64,000 nt of DNA from Candidatus Borrarchaeum weybense (GTDB lineage Archaea > Asgardarchaeota > Sifarchaeia > Borrarchaeales > Borrarchaeaceae): the NCBI GenBank assembly GCA_019057385.1, contig JAHQJS010000008.1:96001-160000 (forward strand). The letters are read 5' to 3'. Position 1 is the first letter of the stretch. Each line of letters begins with the position of its first letter. A model generated the notes under the pieces. It saw nothing but the letters and a program-made list of their open reading frames with translations. It searched no databases and was not told the DNA's origin. Shown piece after piece: positions 59,605-64,000 of the stretch. Both the position numbers and the translations under genes were made by a program.

Positions 59605-60189
59605 TTGAGAAAGACTCTTCTCAAGATGAAAAGGATGATGAAATCTAGGAAAGCAGTATCTCCAGTGATTGCAGTGATCTTGTTAATTGCCATTGCCGTA
59701 GCTGCAAGTGTTACTGTGTTTGCATACACGCAAGGGATACTCGGTGGTGTTACCCAAGCAAATATAAGAATGTCAGGTGCTACAGCCACCAACCAAGCTT
59801 CTGACGTTGAAACTGCCACTGGCACGGGTAATGACAGTGGTGGTGACGGCAACCCTGAGCACGTTTTGATTTTCACTATTCAAAACACTGGCGGCCAAGA
59901 GGCAACTGTTGATTATATGGAAGTGCAAGACGATGATGAGACTTGGGATTCGACCACAACCGACAGCACAGGCTGGATTGCGATTTATAATGCAGGAACA
60001 GGAGAACTTATCAAGTCTGGGAGTGCATCTAGCTTTTCCCTTACTGTAGGCGCTGGAGAAAGCGTCCAATTAAGATGTATTCTTGATGGCGATCCTGGTA
60101 GTGGCGACGACAATCTTAGCGCGCCAATTTCAGTTACAATTAACACTGAAGCAGGCGACTCAGTTAGCGCATCATTTAATGTTCCATAA
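59605..60189 (+). CDS. Type IV pilin B
   Basis: KSRKA|VSPVIAVILLIAIAVAAS; FTIQNTGG; TTG 59605 follows GGTGGAG (start uncertain). Confidence 0.9.
   Translation: MRKTLLKMKRMMKSRKAVSPVIAVILLIAIAVAASVTVFAYTQGILGGVTQANIRMSGATATNQASDVETATGTGNDSGGDGNPEHVLIFTIQNTGGQEATVDYMEVQDDDETWDSTTTDSTGWIAIYNAGTGELIKSGSASSFSLTVGAGESVQLRCILDGDPGSGDDNLSAPISVTINTEAGDSVSASFNVP
59692..59762 (+). repeat. Inverted repeat arm (71 bp) in pilin B
   Basis: 70/71 identical to the reverse complement of 58622-58692. Confidence 0.95.
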
Positions 60190-60361
60190 GAACTCGTAAC
60201 CTAGCGCCACTCTATCTTTTTATTTTTTTTATTCTTTCAATACTAAGAAACTGAAACTATTTTGGGGGATCCATTTCTCCAAACCGAACTGGGCCACTAG
60301 TTCTGGGTATTTATAATGGAAATGGGAATATGAAGGAAATCAAAACATTAAATACAGCCTC

Positions 60362-60648
60362 GTGAACTACTACTCACTAAAGCAGGTTGCTTCTGCCCTC
60401 ATCGACCGTTCTTTCAACACGGTTAAACACAAGTAATCAGTTTATCGACAGTTCGGGGTGTCTAAGGATGTCCTCGTCCCTTTACTAACGAGACACTTGA
60501 ATATCCTTTCCCACAGGGACGTTATCGTTTGTGATCCTACCAGAGGTAGTGTATCCCTACGTTCCCTTCGATATCCATCAGTATAGTCAAAAGAAACTGC
60601 GAAAGTGAAAAAAACAACGCAATTCATCCCCTCCCCAACCAGTTGTCT
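60362..60648 (-). mobile_element. Non-autonomous TnpB-type element, no ORF
   Basis: Minus strand: TTAC, ...GGGGATGAATTGCG, CCTGTGG, ...GATGAGGGCAGAAGC...GTAGTTCAC. Confidence 0.7.
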
Positions 60649-60653
60649 GTAAA

Positions 60654-60855
60654 GTGAGCTACCTCATGCTGAAGCTATGAGTCTTCTTGCTTCAATCACC
60701 AGACTCGATCTCCTTGCGGGTTACGGAGGTCTCGATGTCCACAGGGGTGAATTCCCTACGCATCATAGGTACTCATAGTCTCACTAAAAAACTATATATA
60801 ACCAACGCCATTCATCACCACGCTAAAGTGTTGGTGCGTTCTTGCTTAGCTACCC
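60654..60855 (-). mobile_element. Non-autonomous TnpB-type element with omega RNA, no ORF
   Basis: Minus strand: TTAC, left-end hairpin ..GGTGATGAA, TTATATA, TAGGGAATTCACCCCTGTGGAC...TGAAGCAAGAAG-hairpin-GGTAGCTCAC. Confidence 0.78.
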
Positions 60856-60861
60856 GTAAGA

Positions 60862-61710
60862 TATTACTTAAATCTTGGATACAATAAAAGTGGGTGTGTA
60901 AAGATGATTGACAAGGAGAGCGTGAGGAAAGTCTGCCTACCCGACGGAGAGGCCTGCTTCAAGTATCTATGTGAAGTTAGGTCCGGAAGCAAGTCTGGAG
61001 GCGGCGTTACGTGCCTGCACTGTGGGAGCAAGGAGACGATAAAAAAAGGAAAAGAGGCCAAAAGGGGCTCAGTAATATTATTACAACGGATGCGAGACTA
61101 TCTTCAACAACTTGACAGGAATGGTGTTCGAACATCGCCACTCCCCCTGAAGAGATTTTTTACATCATCACGGAGATGGCGGCAAAGACCACGGCACAGA
61201 TAGCCAGGTAATTGTATAGAGATTATTATTCTGTCCTCGACTTCGTTCACAAAGTTCAGGGTTTGGCTTCTAAACCGGTCGAGGATGTTACACTTGAGGG
61301 CATACGTGAAATTGACGAGATATACGTTATGGCTGGAGAGAAGAGGAGAAAACAGAAGAACACCAGAGAACGAGGTAAGGCTTCCTGTGCTTCGGAATCT
61401 GACGAAGAAAAACGTTCAAAAGAAATTGAGAAGGTTATGAACAGGATTGTGGTACTTAATACTAATAACTACAGGACCTATAAAGGGATGATTAACAAAA
61501 AACAGCATCATAGTCACAAGGTGGTCAACCACTCTGAAGTACCCTAAAGGCGATGTTCACGTGAATACTTGCGAGAACAGGCACAGTTTTTTTGAGGAGT
61601 TGGCTCTTAAAGTTCAGAGGCGTCTTCAAATGCTACCTTCAGGGTTGCCTCGAACTTCTTGCCCTCACCCTTTACAGGAAAGAATGGTTTAATTAAGATC
61701 ATAAGTAATA
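60862..61710 (+). pseudogene. Frameshifted IS1595-family transposase remnant
   Basis: CLHCGS Zn ribbon, EIDEIYV, VNHSE, downstream HVNTCENRHS and KFRGV in different frames; imperfect terminal inverted repeats TATTACTTA. Confidence 0.8.
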
Positions 61711-61771
61711 ATTAATAGACATGAACATATTAAGATGATAGATATATAAGAAGGTATGTCGAGTCAATATT

Positions 61772-62854
61772 ATGGGTGAAAACATGAATGCAAAGAACGT
61801 TGTGATACTTTCCTTCTTTTTAGTTGCTTTGTTAACAGTCAGTTCCCCCTCATTAAAAGCCAGTGCAGAAGTGAACTCCCTACCCAATGGAATTACGACA
61901 ATGGATTCCCCCAAATTTGATGGAACCAACGTAGTCGGCTTGCCCTACGATGCCACTTCAGATGTTGGAGAAAATAAGAATTTCAAATATGATTTAGAAA
62001 AAGATAGAGAATATGTCGTATTTGTTTACGGAGCCTTTATAGCCACAAACACTGATTATGACATTGAAGTGTACGAACCTGGCAAAAGCGAAGCATTGAT
62101 AGTAAGTACAAGGGCTGCTGGAATGTTAGAAAAAATCACATTCAAAGCAGGTGAAGACGGTGAATATAAAATTAGAGTACGTAACGACAAAGACGATTCA
62201 GGTGGCGATGAAGGAGCGAAGATCTTTTTAGCAGAAGTTGCCAAATTAGGAAATTCATATGAAGTTTTAATAGAACATCAAGAAACCATTCACACTTACT
62301 ACGCATTTTGGTTTGATGCGTCAGGTTATACCGGTAGTGAGATCACAGTAAAGTTAAAAACATCCAAAGATGTCGATATGTACCAAATGAGGCTTTATCC
62401 ATTTGTAAGTGGAGAGGAGAGCGGTGAAGGTGAACAGTTTTATGATATCTTAGAATCTACTAGCGAACATGCGCTTCTTACTGCTGATGCCGGTCAAGCT
62501 GGAGAGGATCTCGAATTCTCGTTCATAGCCCAAGCTTCTTACGAAGGCGAATCCCTAGGTGTATCTAGTACATTATCCGATACAGTTAATGCTCAACAAG
62601 ATGGAAATGAGTTCGAATCACCTGATGGTGTATTTATAATCTCGTTAATTGGAGAAAAAGGCGATGGCGAGTGTAAATTTACTATTTCTGCAGAATCAGA
62701 AGATAAGGAAGAAACTCAACCAACAAATGAAACAACAACAGAAGAGCCCACAGTAAGACCCTTATGTTTAGGAACTTTAGCAGTGAGTGCGTTTACAGTT
62801 ATCTCGTTAATTGCTATCGGAATAAAACGCAGAAGATACGGAGAAGAAACTTAA
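61772..62854 (+). CDS. Secreted acidic surface protein with C-terminal membrane anchor
   Basis: Signal peptide, PPC-like beta domain (TDYDIEVYEP, GEYKIRV), T/E linker, CLGT-TM-KRRR tail. Confidence 0.75.
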   Translation: MGENMNAKNVVILSFFLVALLTVSSPSLKASAEVNSLPNGITTMDSPKFDGTNVVGLPYDATSDVGENKNFKYDLEKDREYVVFVYGAFIATNTDYDIEVYEPGKSEALIVSTRAAGMLEKITFKAGEDGEYKIRVRNDKDDSGGDEGAKIFLAEVAKLGNSYEVLIEHQETIHTYYAFWFDASGYTGSEITVKLKTSKDVDMYQMRLYPFVSGEESGEGEQFYDILESTSEHALLTADAGQAGEDLEFSFIAQASYEGESLGVSSTLSDTVNAQQDGNEFESPDGVFIISLIGEKGDGECKFTISAESEDKEETQPTNETTTEEPTVRPLCLGTLAVSAFTVISLIAIGIKRRRYGEET

Positions 62855-63044
62855 AATTGCGATTAAAAATTCCTCTCACAATTTTTTTCCATAACTGTTT
62901 TCCATAAAACAAATCAAAAATCAAATTTCATTTCTACTATTCTTCAAAAATTGAAGGAAGAAGAGAGAAGTTCCGATCTTTTTTATGAAATTAATATGTT
63001 TTCAAATCAAAACCAAAATCAAAAAGATCGTTTTGCGAGGAATC

Positions 63045-63431
63045 TTATTTTAAAAGTTTTGCTATATTTTCCAGCGCAGTTTTTAGATTTAATCTGAGTA
63101 AGCCCAACTCTGCCCGTGCGTCTTGTCCTGCCAGTGCTGTAAGAGCAATATCTCCAGAATTTATGACAACAGCAAATCCCTCTTCGCAATCAATATCAAT
63201 TTCACCAATCTTACCTTTATCTACTGCCTTGCCTAATGAACTAGCACCATTAACAATAGCCATTGCATATTCGATGATTTCATTGTGATTTAATTCTGTA
63301 AGTGTCTGGCCCGCTAGAATTTCACCTTTTTTTGGACGAAACGCGATTAAGCCTTCGATGGCGGGAATATTTTCCATAACATCATTCAATTGATCTTCTA
63401 TCTTCTTTTTCAATTTCTCAGTAACCATCAT
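63045..63431 (-). CDS. Roadblock/LC7-domain protein
   Basis: IEGLIAF...G....GQT; ELGLLRL C-terminal helix; 128 aa. Confidence 0.7.
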   Translation of the reverse strand: MMVTEKLKKKIEDQLNDVMENIPAIEGLIAFRPKKGEILAGQTLTELNHNEIIEYAMAIVNGASSLGKAVDKGKIGEIDIDCEEGFAVVINSGDIALTALAGQDARAELGLLRLNLKTALENIAKLLK

Positions 63432-63806
63432 CTATCACCAAAGCGATTCTAGTCTAATGAATCTACTAAGATAATAAAACTCACATGTTTAAAACATTTT
63501 TCGGTTGTATTTTTTGGTTCCCTTTTAGTGAATATACAGATAGAGTGAGGTTATAATGAGATAATTTTAATTGCATGCAAGTTTTATCACTCCTCTGTAA
63601 GATGACCCTGCATGTATTTTTTTGATTCTATTGCGATCAGATTTTTTTCTGATGAATACAAACTGCGGGGAACTAATATTCAGATCTCTAAACGTCTTAA
63701 ATATAAAAGGAAGAAAACACTTATTAAGGAAGTATTTGATCTATAATCTATAGAGACTTAATCTCTAGAAACCACTGACATCCGAAAATACTTCGGAGGC
63801 CATTAT

Positions 63807-64000
63807 TTGATTAGTCAAAAAGTTTTTCAATCAACGTTGAAGAAACTGAAGGCGCATGAAGGCGTGAGGGGAGTTATTGTAACTAATTCTGAAGGACTCC
63901 CTATTAGTTCAACGCTCGATACTGATAAAACAGAAAAAGTTGCCGCATTAATTACTTCACTAGTTGGAAAAGCAAAATCAATCGTAACCGAATTAGATGA
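63807..64000 (+). CDS. Roadblock/LC7 protein, DYNLRB-like (runs off the window end)
   Basis: Manual translation from TTG after GGAGG: [64 protein letters not shown]. Confidence 0.85.
   Translation, partial: MISQKVFQSTLKKLKAHEGVRGVIVTNSEGLPISSTLDTDKTEKVAALITSLVGKAKSIVTELD

Noticed and set aside
659-62244. Many short ORFs antisense or out of frame to long genes (e.g. 659-919, 6276-6614, 44992-45621)
   Set aside because: Shadow ORFs of well-supported genes with no motifs of their own
1-64000. CRISPR array next to the TnpB-related or IsrB genes
   Set aside because: No regularly spaced direct repeats seen anywhere in the window

Overview
AT-rich archaeal chromosomal window, most consistent with an Asgard-type archaeon (OSTC/DC2-like protein, two roadblock proteins, one closely resembling dynein light chain DYNLRB, CDP-archaeol synthase, form III RuBisCO); the taxonomy is inference. 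Core genes: pyrG (partial), GINS, MCM (two inteins), Hel308 (one intein), HDAC, gatC, csl4-DUF2067-rpoL, pelota, ilvE, RuBisCO with R15P isomerase, FBP aldolase/phosphatase, bacterial-type TPI, carS, Clp1-like kinase, a full type IV pilus operon, pyrC and a PP-loop-degenerate ThiI. Two tRNAs (Pro-GGG, Val-TAC) each carry two non-canonical introns, one apparently in the acceptor stem (6/7). IS200/IS605 RNA-guided elements are dense: one IsrB with its omega RNA, two atypical TnpB-related elements, and five complete plus two partial protein-less omega-RNA elements, with no tnpA in the window. Best candidates for something new: (1) a ~360-nt structured RNA combining IscB-type scaffold motifs with a TnpB-type end; (2) two divergent pilin genes sharing a 71-bp near-perfect inverted repeat, a possible invertible or gene-conversion pilin switch; (3) the acceptor-stem intron and C33 in tRNA-Pro. 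All calls were made by eye, without database searches.
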